This document shows positions 47,470 through 56,574 of a DNA stretch of 64,000 bases, one piece after another; the stretch's first letter is position 1, and every line of letters begins with the position of its first letter. Source of the stretch: Abditibacterium sp. (lineage in GTDB: Bacteria; Armatimonadota; Abditibacteriia; Abditibacteriales; Abditibacteriaceae). The DNA lies in contig OZ251992.1 of NCBI GenBank assembly GCA_965246885.1, forward strand, positions 992,001-1,056,000, in the 5' to 3' direction. The translations under genes were made by a program, and so were the position numbers. A model generated the notes under the pieces. That model had not been told where the DNA came from and did no database searches. It saw only the letters and a program-made list of their open reading frames with translations.

Positions 47470-49209
47470 ATGACTATGCATCTCGAAATTCGCCCCGATT
47501 ACGACGCGCTCTGCCGCGAAGTGGCACTGCGCATCGCCGCCCTCGTGCGCGCCAAGCCGGACGCCGTTTTAGGGTTGGCGACCGGCTCGACGCCCCTTGG
47601 CGTTTACCGCGAACTGATTCGCTTGCATATGGAGGAAGGGCTGTCATTCGCGCGCGTGCGGTCGTTCAACCTCGACGAGTACTACCCGATGCCCCCCGAC
47701 GCGCCGCAAAGCTACGTCCGCTTTATGCGGGAGAACCTGTTCGATCACATAAACATCGCCCCGCAGAACTGCCACATCCCCGATGGGCGGGCGCGGGACA
47801 TCGTGCAAATCGAGGCCGACTGCGCGGCATATGAGGCGGCCATTGCAAAGGCGGGCGGGCTGGACTTTCAGCTGCTGGGCATTGGGCGCAACGGGCACAT
47901 CGGCTTCAACGAGCCGGGATCGGCCAAGGAGTCGCGCGCGCGACTCGTCACGCTCGATAGCACCACGCGCGCGGACGCGGCGGGCGACTTTTTCGGTTTG
48001 GAGAACGTGCCTGCCCGCGCCATTTCGCTAGGCATCGCGGCCATCATGGAAGCGCGCGAAGTGGCGCTCCTCGCATCGGGGCATCGCAAAGCGGCCATTG
48101 TCGCCGAAGCGCTCGAAGGCAAGGTGACTTCGAAGGTGCCCGCGTCTTTCTTGCGCGACCATCAAAACGCCTCGTTCTGGTTAGACGAAGGCGCGGCCTC
48201 GGCGTTGCGCGCGCGAGTGCCCGAAGCGCCCGAAGCGCCGCGCAGTCTGTGGATACGCGCCGCCTTGGAGCGCAAGCAACGCTTGGACGAACTGGGCGGC
48301 GAGGCGCGCGAAGCCTTCGCTGACCTGCGCCAAAAGTGCGACGACGACGCGCATTTGCCGACCGGCCAAACCATCTTGTGCCTGTCGCCCCACCCGGATG
48401 ACGACGTGATTTGCTGCGGCGCCACGCTCCTCAAGATGGCGGCGCGCGGCAACCGCCTGTTTGTCGCTTACGGCGTCAACGGTGCCAACGCGGTGCGCGA
48501 CAAGGACGTGCTCGCTCATCTACGCGCCCGCCACCCGCGCCTGATTTCGTTCCTCGAAGAGCATCTGGAGCCGGGCCGCTCGCTTGAAGAAGCCATGAAC
48601 GACGTGCGCACGTCGCTGTTTGAGCGCGCGCCCGGCGCGCCCGACGCGCCGCTTTTGCGCGAACTCAAGCGCCTCGTGCGCGAGGGCGAAGCCAGCGACG
48701 CTTGCCGCAAGATGGGTGCGAATCCCCTCTTTCTCAACCTGCCCTTTTATGGCGATGGCGCGCACCGCACCCCCGTTGGCGAAGCCGATGTCAGCCGCCT
48801 CGCGGCGATGCTTGAGGTGGTGCAACCCGATTTAGTGCTCCTAACGGGCGAAAAAAACGACCCGCACGGCACGCACGAGCAGTGCGAGCGCGCCTTCAAC
48901 GAGGCCGCGACGCGCCGGGGCGACGCCTTCGCGCGCTGGAACTATCGCGGCGCGTGGGACGATTACAAGTCGTGGGAAGGCGACTACTTCTCCGTCTTCG
49001 ATAAGCCGCTCATGGAGCGCAAGATTGACCTGATTCTCGACCACATCTCGCAGCTTGACCCGCTTTTTCCCGGCGACCAGCCCTTGGAGTTTTGGGAGCG
49101 TGCGCGCGAACGCAACCGCGAAAACGCCCGGCAACTGCAGCGCTTGGGCGTCCTGCCCCCCTCGCGCTCCTTCGATCCCTTGTATGTCGAAGTCTTCAAG
49201 AAAAGTTGA
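47470..49209 (+). CDS. nagB: Glucosamine-6-phosphate deaminase fused to a PIG-L-like deacetylase domain
   Basis: LGLATGSTP, FNLDEY, GIGRNGHIGFNEPG; C-terminal half has SPHPDDDV and DPHGTH. Confidence 0.9.
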   Translation: MTMHLEIRPDYDALCREVALRIAALVRAKPDAVLGLATGSTPLGVYRELIRLHMEEGLSFARVRSFNLDEYYPMPPDAPQSYVRFMRENLFDHINIAPQNCHIPDGRARDIVQIEADCAAYEAAIAKAGGLDFQLLGIGRNGHIGFNEPGSAKESRARLVTLDSTTRADAAGDFFGLENVPARAISLGIAAIMEAREVALLASGHRKAAIVAEALEGKVTSKVPASFLRDHQNASFWLDEGAASALRARVPEAPEAPRSLWIRAALERKQRLDELGGEAREAFADLRQKCDDDAHLPTGQTILCLSPHPDDDVICCGATLLKMAARGNRLFVAYGVNGANAVRDKDVLAHLRARHPRLISFLEEHLEPGRSLEEAMNDVRTSLFERAPGAPDAPLLRELKRLVREGEASDACRKMGANPLFLNLPFYGDGAHRTPVGEADVSRLAAMLEVVQPDLVLLTGEKNDPHGTHEQCERAFNEAATRRGDAFARWNYRGAWDDYKSWEGDYFSVFDKPLMERKIDLILDHISQLDPLFPGDQPLEFWERARERNRENARQLQRLGVLPPSRSFDPLYVEVFKKS

Positions 49210-49230
49210 GGCCCGCCTACACTCCCGGCC

Positions 49231-49869
49231 ATGACCTCGCCGCCCCGCATCGTGTGCCCGTCGCTCCGCGACTTTGCCCCGAACCAACCTTGGGATGCCT
49301 TGCACTTGGCTTTCGCGCCGTGCCCGCCCATCCCGTTTGGGCAGGGCTGGCGCGACGCACCCGAAGCGGAGTTCCGGCCCGCGTCGGTGCGCGTGGGCTG
49401 GACGGCAGAGGCGCTGTGGTTCCTATCGCACTTAGAGGACGACGACATCCACAACGCCGCAACGCGCCCCAACGAGCGGACGTGGGAGTTGGGCGATGTC
49501 TTCGAGATTTTCGTGCGCCGTATGGATGCCCCGCGCTACTTTGAGGCGCATGTGACGCCCGAAAACCAGACGCTGCAACTGGAATTGCCCCATCCGCTTC
49601 CGGGCTTGGATTGGCCCCCACCCGGATTGCGGGAAGACTTGTTGGCGGGGACGCGCGCCCTCGTGGAAGCGGGGCAATGGCGCGCCTTGGCCGGAATCCG
49701 CTTCGCGGCGATGGGCGAAGAGGCGACGCGCGGCGCGGGGTGGCTGTTCTCCTGTTCGCGCTACGATTACACGCGCGGGAGGCAGGCGCCCATTCTCAGT
49801 TCGGCTTCACCCCACGCAACCCCTAACTTCCACGACCAAAGCGCGTGGGGGACGCTCACGCTGGAGTAG
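49231..49869 (+). CDS. Carbohydrate-binding family 9-like (DOMON) protein
   Basis: WELGDVFEIF, YFEAHVTPEN, SRYDY, NFHD pattern. Confidence 0.7.
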   Translation: MTSPPRIVCPSLRDFAPNQPWDALHLAFAPCPPIPFGQGWRDAPEAEFRPASVRVGWTAEALWFLSHLEDDDIHNAATRPNERTWELGDVFEIFVRRMDAPRYFEAHVTPENQTLQLELPHPLPGLDWPPPGLREDLLAGTRALVEAGQWRALAGIRFAAMGEEATRGAGWLFSCSRYDYTRGRQAPILSSASPHATPNFHDQSAWGTLTLE

Positions 49870-49875
49870 GCCCCG

Positions 49876-50541
49876 CTACGCCAACGGCTTGAGCTTGGGC
49901 AAACCCGCGCGGCGCGGAAAAGCGCGCGGCGTGTCGCCGACCTTCTCGATGACGACCAAGTGATACCGGGTCGGGAGACCGGGGAGTTCGTACGGGCGCA
50001 CGTCGCGCAGGAGTCCGCCCAAGTCGTCGAGCGCTTCCTCGGCGGTTTGCGCTTCGCGCTCGGCGGCCTCGCCGCGCCACAAGAGGACGGAGCCGCCCAC
50101 GCGAACGAGCGGCATGCACAATTCCACGACCTCGGCGAACGAGCCGACGGCGCGCGCGGTCGCCACATCGAACCGCTCGCGCCACTGTCCATGCCCGGCG
50201 TCTTCGGCGCGCTCGTTGATGATTTTGGCGCCCACGATGTCAAACTTGGCGATGGTGCCCTCCATGAACGCGCACTTCTTGCGCGTCGCTTCCAATAGGG
50301 ACACGCGCAAGGCGGGGCGAGCAACGGCGAGCACGAAGCCGGGAAACCCCGCGCCACTGCCGACATCCACCACGCTTTGGGCGTCATCGAACAGGCCGCT
50401 TTCCAAGCCTTCGAGCGAGTCGAGGACGTGCTTTGTCCACGCGTCGTCGGGGGTCTTGATGCCCGTCAGGTTGAACTTCGCGTTCTCTTCGAGCAGGTGG
50501 GCGATGAGGGCGCGCAACTTCGCGTCGGTGTCGGGAGTCAT
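49876..50541 (-). CDS. rsmG: 16S rRNA m7G527 methyltransferase
   Basis: FNLTGI, HVLDSL, DVGSGAGFPG, RAE, ARAV, FPRRAGLP. Confidence 0.95.
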   Translation of the reverse strand: MTPDTDAKLRALIAHLLEENAKFNLTGIKTPDDAWTKHVLDSLEGLESGLFDDAQSVVDVGSGAGFPGFVLAVARPALRVSLLEATRKKCAFMEGTIAKFDIVGAKIINERAEDAGHGQWRERFDVATARAVGSFAEVVELCMPLVRVGGSVLLWRGEAAEREAQTAEEALDDLGGLLRDVRPYELPGLPTRYHLVVIEKVGDTPRAFPRRAGLPKLKPLA

Positions 50542-50544
50542 GGG

Positions 50545-50874
50545 TTAATCGCAGTCCACTTCGCACTGCAAGCGGATTTCGCGCAGAACGCGGGCGACGT
50601 CGTGGCACTTGTCGCGCTCGCCCTTGAAGCAGACGGCGCGGCCTTTGGCTTCGACTTCTTGGATGATTTTGACGGCTTCTTCGGACGAACATTGCGTGGC
50701 TTTGATGAGTTGGTCGTGCACGTCGTCGGCGCTGTGCCAGTCGTCGTTGTAAAGGATGACGCGGTATCCGCTCCCGCTCCCCGCTCCGGGGCCGCCCAGT
50801 TCGGGTTCCATGACGACGAGGCCGCCTTCTTCGGGGTTGGAAAACGGGTTAGATTCGGAAAGAGGAATGTCCAT
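50545..50874 (-). CDS. clpS: ATP-dependent Clp protease adaptor ClpS-like
   Basis: YRVILYNDDWH...EVEAKGRAVC. Confidence 0.8.
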   Translation of the reverse strand: MDIPLSESNPFSNPEEGGLVVMEPELGGPGAGSGSGYRVILYNDDWHSADDVHDQLIKATQCSSEEAVKIIQEVEAKGRAVCFKGERDKCHDVARVLREIRLQCEVDCD

Positions 50875-50899
50875 CGGAGCAAACGCTGTGTTGAGGTGG

Positions 50900-50937
50900 C
50901 AATTGGAACGAATCGCCCGCGCGAGCCGTTCCAATTG
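50900..50937. promoter_or_regulatory. Inverted repeat in the divergent clpS/rrf2 intergenic region
   Basis: CAATTGGAACG-N16-CGTTCCAATTG with perfect 11-bp arms, ending 6 bp before the rrf2 ATG. Confidence 0.55.
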
Positions 50938-50943
50938 AGCAGT

Positions 50944-51444
50944 ATGAAAATCTCAACGCGCGGCGAGTATGGCTTACGCGCCCTGATGGAGTTGGGCTTG
51001 GAGCCGGACAAGGGCCTGAGCCTACGCGACATCGCCAAACGGCAAAACATCTCGCTCGACTACTTGGAGCAGATTGTGCCCGCGCTCAAAGCCAGTGGCC
51101 TCGTCAAAGCCAAACGCGGCGCGCAGGGCGGCTACCAACTCGCCCGCGACCCCGCAGACATCACCGTCCTCGAAGCGTTGCGCGCCCTTGAAGGCCCCTT
51201 CGAGCCGATGATTTGCCTAAGCGATGGCACCAAGTCCAGCATCGCTTCCACCAAGAACTCCACCTGCGGCGCCTCCGGCTCGTGCGCCGTTCAGGAAGTC
51301 TGGCGCGAACTGCAATTAGCGGTTGAAACCGTCCTCCGCAACCTCACCCTCGCCGAACTGCTGCGCCGCCAAGAAGAGCAGTTCGGCGTGCCCATCCGCA
51401 CCTACCGCGAGCGCTCCCTCGCGCCCTTGCCGATGCTGAACTGA
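50944..51444 (+). CDS. Rrf2 family transcriptional regulator (IscR/CymR-like, three Cys)
   Basis: MKISTRGEYGLRAL, ISLDYLEQI, KRGAQGGYQLAR, C-x15-C-x5-C region. Confidence 0.92.
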   Translation: MKISTRGEYGLRALMELGLEPDKGLSLRDIAKRQNISLDYLEQIVPALKASGLVKAKRGAQGGYQLARDPADITVLEALRALEGPFEPMICLSDGTKSSIASTKNSTCGASGSCAVQEVWRELQLAVETVLRNLTLAELLRRQEEQFGVPIRTYRERSLAPLPMLN

Positions 51445-51480
51445 CCAGCCCTCGCGGGTGCGCTAAAATTCCCCTTACAC

Positions 51481-52638
51481 ATGTTTCGCACCGACATCGC
51501 GCCGCACGGGGGGCGCCTCATCAACCGCTTCGTGTTTGGAGCCGAGGCCGACGACCTGCGCGAGCGGGCCAAGACGCTCACGCCCATCGCGCTCGCCGAC
51601 CGGCGTTTGTCCGACCTCGAACTCATCGGCAACGGCGCCTTCTCGCCCTTGGAAGGCTTCATGGGCCGCGCCGATTACGAGAATTGCATCATCAACCAGC
51701 GCCTTGCCAACGGGCTGCCTTGGACAATCCCCGTCACCCTCGCCGTATCGGAGGACGAGGCCGACGCCCTGCACATTGACCAAGAAATCGCGCTCGTGGA
51801 CAAGTTCGAGAACATCCTCGCGGTCATGGAGGTCAGCGAGAAATACCGTTACGACAAAGAGCGCGAAGCGCGCCTCGTCTACCGCACCCTTGAAGATGCC
51901 CACCCCGGCGTGCGCAACCTGTTCCGGCGCGGCGACATCCACTTGGGCGGCAAAATCCGCGTCCTTCAAGAGCGCGCCGACAAAGCCTTCCCCGGCGAGC
52001 GCCTCACGCCGCTCCAAGTGCGCCGCGCTTTCGCCGAGCGCGGTTGGCGCAAAATCGTTGGCTTCCACACGCGCAACCCCATCCACCGCGCCCACGAATA
52101 CATCACCAAGTCTGCCCTCGAAACAATGGACGGTTTGCTCGTGCATCCCATCTACTCCGCGACCGAGCGCGACGAAATCCCCGCCGAAGTGCGCATGGAG
52201 TGCTACCGCACCCTGCTCCAGCACTACTACCCCGCCAGCCGGACGATGCTCGCGGTTCTGCCCGCCGCCAGCCGCTTCGCCGGGCCGCGCGAGGCCATCT
52301 TTCACGCGCTGATTCGTAAGAACTACGGCTGCACGCATTTCATCGTGGGCCGCGACCACGCGGGCGTGGGCAACTACTACGGCACCTTCGACGCCCAGTA
52401 CATCTTCGACGAGTTCGAGCCGGACGAATTGGGCATTACGCCGATGACCTTCGACCACGCCTACTTCTCCCCCACCATCGGCGGCATGGGCACCGATAAA
52501 ACCATGCCCGACGACGCCCAAAAGGTCGCGCTGTCGGGCACGAAAGTCCGCCAGATGCTGCTCGACGGCCAAATCCCGCCCGCCGAGTTCACCCGCCCCG
52601 AAGTCGCGCGCGTCCTGATTTCGGCAATGAGGAAGTGA
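51481..52638 (+). CDS. sat: Sulfate adenylyltransferase
   Basis: PHGG, GAFSPLEGFM, TRNPIHRAHEY, AGPREAIFHALIRKNYGCTHFIVGRDHAGVG, SGTKVR. Confidence 0.96.
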   Translation: MFRTDIAPHGGRLINRFVFGAEADDLRERAKTLTPIALADRRLSDLELIGNGAFSPLEGFMGRADYENCIINQRLANGLPWTIPVTLAVSEDEADALHIDQEIALVDKFENILAVMEVSEKYRYDKEREARLVYRTLEDAHPGVRNLFRRGDIHLGGKIRVLQERADKAFPGERLTPLQVRRAFAERGWRKIVGFHTRNPIHRAHEYITKSALETMDGLLVHPIYSATERDEIPAEVRMECYRTLLQHYYPASRTMLAVLPAASRFAGPREAIFHALIRKNYGCTHFIVGRDHAGVGNYYGTFDAQYIFDEFEPDELGITPMTFDHAYFSPTIGGMGTDKTMPDDAQKVALSGTKVRQMLLDGQIPPAEFTRPEVARVLISAMRK

Positions 52639-52644
52639 TTGATT

Positions 52645-52887
52645 ATGGAACCCAAACCGCACCGCATGGTAGACGACGAGCATTACGGCCTTCGGACGAT
52701 GCTCGAAGACGATGAATTGGCGCAAGCGGCAACAGACGCTGACGACGAAACGGCTGTAGTGCTTCTGTTGAACGCCAACCGCTACTTGGTGGCACTAATG
52801 CTTTGGCGTAACCGGACGGGCGCTGACTTGGCAACTGCTAAACATGCTGTCGCTCAAATCGCAGAACGCCACGACATCTCTTTTTGA
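52645..52887 (+). CDS. Small hypothetical protein with ribosomal L7/L12 CTD-like helix motif
   Basis: ALMLWRNRTGADLATAKHAV resembles the AIKxxRxxTGxxLxEAK pattern; lower GC. Confidence 0.5.
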   Translation: MEPKPHRMVDDEHYGLRTMLEDDELAQAATDADDETAVVLLLNANRYLVALMLWRNRTGADLATAKHAVAQIAERHDISF

Positions 52888-52890
52888 ATC

Positions 52891-53352
52891 ATGCTTTACC
52901 TTTCCGATTCCGATTACCAGAAGATCGTCGCGCACGGGTTGTCCGGGAAGCCGCTTGAGATTTGCGGCTTGCTCGTCGGGCACGGGAGCGGCGACGACAC
53001 TCACGTCTTCGAGGTTCACGCGGTGGATTCCAAAGACCTGAGCGAGAAGACTTACAACATGGACGCGCTCAAATACATGAAGGTGGACGCCGACGCGCAG
53101 GCGCGGGGGCTGCAAATCGTCGGCATTTACCATACCCACCCCGCGACCGAGCCGTACCCTTCGCCCACCGACATGGAGCGCGCCCACTGGGAAGGGAGTG
53201 ACGACCTGATTTTTCCCGGCTACTCCTACCTCATCGTGTCGCTACGCGACCCCGCCCATCCCGAACCGCGCTCCTTCAAACTGGTCGGCAAGCGCCGCCC
53301 CGAAGACGTGCGTGAAGAGACCGTTCGCATCGGCAACGGGGAGAATATGTAA
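52891..53352 (+). CDS. JAMM/M67 metallopeptidase (Mec-like sulfur-carrier peptidase)
   Basis: EICGLL, IYHTHP...PSPTD JAMM motif, YLIVSL; adjacent to a cysteine synthase. Confidence 0.9.
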   Translation: MLYLSDSDYQKIVAHGLSGKPLEICGLLVGHGSGDDTHVFEVHAVDSKDLSEKTYNMDALKYMKVDADAQARGLQIVGIYHTHPATEPYPSPTDMERAHWEGSDDLIFPGYSYLIVSLRDPAHPEPRSFKLVGKRRPEDVREETVRIGNGENM

Positions 53353-53394
53353 CCTCGCGGGTTCCAATCCGTCTACCGCCTCGTATTTCCCATC

Positions 53395-54360
53395 ATGACA
53401 CCCAATCAACTGCACGGACTTGACGGCGTAGACGAGCGTCTGAGCGGCCCTGTGTCCATCCTCGATCTGGTCGGCAACACGCCGCTTATCGAACTTAAAA
53501 AGCTGACGGCGCACCTGCGCACCGTGCGGGTGTTTGGCAAAGCCGAATACATGAACCCCGCCGGAAGCGTCAAAGACCGCCCCGCCCTCAACATGATTTT
53601 GCGCGGCATCGAGACCGGAGAACTCACGCCCGACAAGACTATCCTCGACTCCACGTCGGGCAACACCGGCATCGCCTACGCCATGATCGGCGCCGCGCTG
53701 GGATACAAAGTCAAGCTCGTCATGCCCGGCAACGTTTCGACCGAGCGCCGCGCCATCGTGAAAATGTATGGCGCCGAAACCATTCTCAGTTCCGCCTTCG
53801 ACGGCAGCGACGGCGCCATCCTCAAGGCCCGCGAAATCTACGACGCCGATCCCACCCGCTACTTCAAGCCCGACCAATACAACAACGAGGCCAACCCCGA
53901 AGCGCACTACAAGGGCACCGGCCCGGAAATCTGGCGCCAAACCGAGGGGCGCGTCACGCACTTTCTCGCTACGCTTGGCACCTCCGGCACGCTCATGGGC
54001 ACCTCGCGCTTCTTGAAGGAAGCCAACCCCGACATCCAAGTCGTCGCCGTCGAACCCGACAACGCCATGCATGGCATCGAGGGGCTAAAGCACATGGCGA
54101 CCAGCATCAAGCCGGGCATCTACGACCCCGACATCGCCGACATTCACGTCGGCGCCCAAACCGAGGACGCCTACGACATGCAAGCGCGCTTGGCCGAAGA
54201 GGAGGGCATCTTCGTCGGCTTTAGCGCGGGCGCGGCGGTCTATTGCGCCCTGAGGCTCGCCGAAGAATTAGACCGCACCGGCCAAGAGGCCCAAATCGTC
54301 ACCATCCTCTGCGACCGGGGCGACCGTTACCTTACGCAACTCGCGCAGATGAATCTGTGA
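53395..54360 (+). CDS. cysM: PLP-dependent cysteine synthase (CysM-type)
   Basis: VGNTPL, NPAGSVKDR, TSGNTG, TGPEIW, GTSGT, IEGLK, CDRGDRY. Confidence 0.9.
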   Translation: MTPNQLHGLDGVDERLSGPVSILDLVGNTPLIELKKLTAHLRTVRVFGKAEYMNPAGSVKDRPALNMILRGIETGELTPDKTILDSTSGNTGIAYAMIGAALGYKVKLVMPGNVSTERRAIVKMYGAETILSSAFDGSDGAILKAREIYDADPTRYFKPDQYNNEANPEAHYKGTGPEIWRQTEGRVTHFLATLGTSGTLMGTSRFLKEANPDIQVVAVEPDNAMHGIEGLKHMATSIKPGIYDPDIADIHVGAQTEDAYDMQARLAEEEGIFVGFSAGAAVYCALRLAEELDRTGQEAQIVTILCDRGDRYLTQLAQMNL

Positions 54361-54384
54361 ATGGGGCTTTCGGTGAGTGCCACT

Positions 54385-54454
54385 CGTAGGGACGCTGCTT
54401 GCCGCGTCCGCGCCAGATTGTAGCGAAGTGGACGCGGCAAGCAGCGTCCCTACG
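54385..54454. repeat. GTAG-type REP doublet (REPIN-like)
   Basis: 25-bp perfect inverted repeat cGTAGGGACGCTGCTTGCCGCGTCC (54385-54409 / 54430-54454); each arm has an internal GGACGC..GCGTCC hairpin. Confidence 0.88.
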
Positions 54455-54471
54455 TTTCCTAAAGCAAGAAG

Positions 54472-55065
54472 ATGAACCCCCACCAACGCAAGCGCGCGTC
54501 CGAAGCCTTCCTCCTCTCAAAAGGCGTCGCGGTCGACCCCGCCCTCCCGCCCATTGAGGCCGACTTCCCCGCGCGTTCGATCCGTGAAATCGCGCGGCGG
54601 GCGTTTTGCCTCACGCTTGTGGCGCTTAAGGGCGAGGGCATGAGCGAGGGCGAAGTGCGCGAGTTCAAAGCGGAATACGCCCTCGATACCCATCTGTCTG
54701 TTCAAGAGAACCGCTTCTTGGTCGCGCCGCCCTCGCCCCAAGATGCGCGCTGGGTGTGGCGTTTCGAGGCGCTCCATGTCCTGCTGTGGGCGCTGGGCTA
54801 CGTGCATGCGTTGGGCTTCCCCGACGCCGAGACGGACATCGCCCCGGAATTGGAGTTCGCCCGCGAACTGGGGCCGGACGGCTTCGTCGAGGGCGCGCTG
54901 CTCCGTTCTAATGCGGCGACGTTGGACGCGGCGGATTGGGTGTTCCGTTTGCATCAAGCTGTCGCTGATGGGCGCGCGGGAACGGGGGCCGTGATAGAAG
55001 AGGTCGTCGAGCAGTGGAGCGAGGCGCTGGATTGGCTCACGCGCGAAGAGGAAGTGTGGCGGTGA
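54472..55065 (+). CDS. DUF4272-like protein
   Basis: LPPIE...RSIREIARRA, WRFEALHVLLWALG, RLHQA, ALDWL. Confidence 0.75.
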   Translation: MNPHQRKRASEAFLLSKGVAVDPALPPIEADFPARSIREIARRAFCLTLVALKGEGMSEGEVREFKAEYALDTHLSVQENRFLVAPPSPQDARWVWRFEALHVLLWALGYVHALGFPDAETDIAPELEFARELGPDGFVEGALLRSNAATLDAADWVFRLHQAVADGRAGTGAVIEEVVEQWSEALDWLTREEEVWR

Positions 55066-55158
55066 AGAGGCGGCAGGGTAGGGAGCCGACGACCGGGGCG
55101 CGATTCACTTAAAATGTGTGGCGTTGGGTGAGGGGACAGGGCGCGTTTGAAATTGTTC

Positions 55159-56556
55159 ATGCTGTTGTTGCTCGCCGCTTTGTGCGGCTGTGTCGAGGCG
55201 CTGTTTACGGCGTTAGAAGTGGCGCTGGGCGCCGTTTCGCGCGCGCGGTTGCGGGCTTTGTCCGAGCCAAGCGGAAACGGCGAAGAACCTCCGCCAACCG
55301 CTTCGCAAACCCGCAGCGCGCGCGCCGTTTTGTCGCTTCTCGAACACCCCGACCGTTTGTCCATCTTGTTCCTGTGCGTCACCTCGCTCTCGTTGTGGGG
55401 CGGAGCCTCCTTGCTGACGTGGGGATGGCTCGCGGGGCAGTGGAGCGTCTGGGAACTTTTAGGCGCGTTAGTCGCCCTTTTGTTCGTCGCCGAAGTCGTG
55501 CCCATCTTGCTCGCGGCGGGGCACGCCGAAGCTATCGCGTTGCGCGGCGCGCGCTTCGTGCAAGGGGCGCAATTCGCTTTGCGCCCGCTCACTGCCGTCG
55601 TCGGCGCGCTCGCGTTTGGCTTGGCGCGCCTGCTTGGAAGCGGCCCCCGCCCGCGCACCCACGTGACCGAAAACGAACTACGAACGGCTCTGGCTGCCGC
55701 CGAAGAGGAAGGCACCATCGAGTCCGGCGAGCGCGCCCTCATCGAAGGCGCGATGGATTTGCGCACCCAAACCGTCGGCGAAGTCATGACGCCCCGGCTC
55801 GACATCGTGGGTATCCCCGCGAGCGCCTCGCTGTCCGAGGCGCTGCAAATTGCCCTGCGCGAGGGACATTCGCGCTTACCCGTCTACGACGGTTCACTTG
55901 ATAAAATCGTCGGCGTGTTGGCGGCCAAAGACTTGCTTTCCTTTGTGCGTCCCGCTTCCACTCCGGCACGGATGGAAAAGACCGCGCGCGATGTCACGCG
56001 GCCCGCGCTGTTCGTGCCCGAAAGTGGGCGCGTTAATGTCGCTTTGGAGGAACTACGCCGCAATCGCACTCTGTTCGCCGTCGTGGTAGACGCGAACGGC
56101 GCAACGGCGGGCATTGTTACCCTCGAAGACCTCTTGGAAGAGTTAGTTGGCGAGATACAAGACGAATACGACGCCGAAGAAGCGCCCGTGCGCTGGCTTA
56201 ACGAAGAACAAAGCGCGTTGGGCGAGCCGCCGCTGTTGGCGTGTGATGCCGGTTCCAGCGTGCGCGAATTGGGCCGCTTCTTCGGCGAGCGCTTGGGATA
56301 CTCGCTCACCCTGCGCGACGCGAGCGGCGCTCCCGTCGGGTCGGGCACCTCCTTGGCGGCCTTGTTCTTAGAGGTCTTTGGGCGCGTGCCCAAAGTCGGC
56401 GACGAAGCCCCCGTCGGCGCGGCTTTGGCCGCATCGGGCGCGGCTTCCGAGGCGCGCCGCGCGGAGTTCGATGTCGTGTTCTGCGTCGCGCAGATGGACG
56501 GCCCGCGCTTGGTGGAGTTGCGCGTGCAACTGCGGCCCGATGAAGGAGGCGAGTAG
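55159..56556 (+). CDS. Hemolysin/CNNM (DUF21-CBS) family protein, paralog 1
   Basis: TM region, EVMTPR, HSRLPVY, FVPES, GIVTLEDLLEELVGEIQDEYD. Confidence 0.9.
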   Translation: MLLLLAALCGCVEALFTALEVALGAVSRARLRALSEPSGNGEEPPPTASQTRSARAVLSLLEHPDRLSILFLCVTSLSLWGGASLLTWGWLAGQWSVWELLGALVALLFVAEVVPILLAAGHAEAIALRGARFVQGAQFALRPLTAVVGALAFGLARLLGSGPRPRTHVTENELRTALAAAEEEGTIESGERALIEGAMDLRTQTVGEVMTPRLDIVGIPASASLSEALQIALREGHSRLPVYDGSLDKIVGVLAAKDLLSFVRPASTPARMEKTARDVTRPALFVPESGRVNVALEELRRNRTLFAVVVDANGATAGIVTLEDLLEELVGEIQDEYDAEEAPVRWLNEEQSALGEPPLLACDAGSSVRELGRFFGERLGYSLTLRDASGAPVGSGTSLAALFLEVFGRVPKVGDEAPVGAALAASGAASEARRAEFDVVFCVAQMDGPRLVELRVQLRPDEGGE

Positions 56557-56574
56557 AGCATCGCCGCAACCCCC

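Noticed and set aside
50377..50943. Long N-terminal extension of the Rrf2 ORF in the track
   Set aside because: It overlaps rsmG and clpS on the opposite strand; the real start is MKIST at 50944. Similar over-extended starts were trimmed for the ORFs listed at 9678, 11806, 27673 and 44186.
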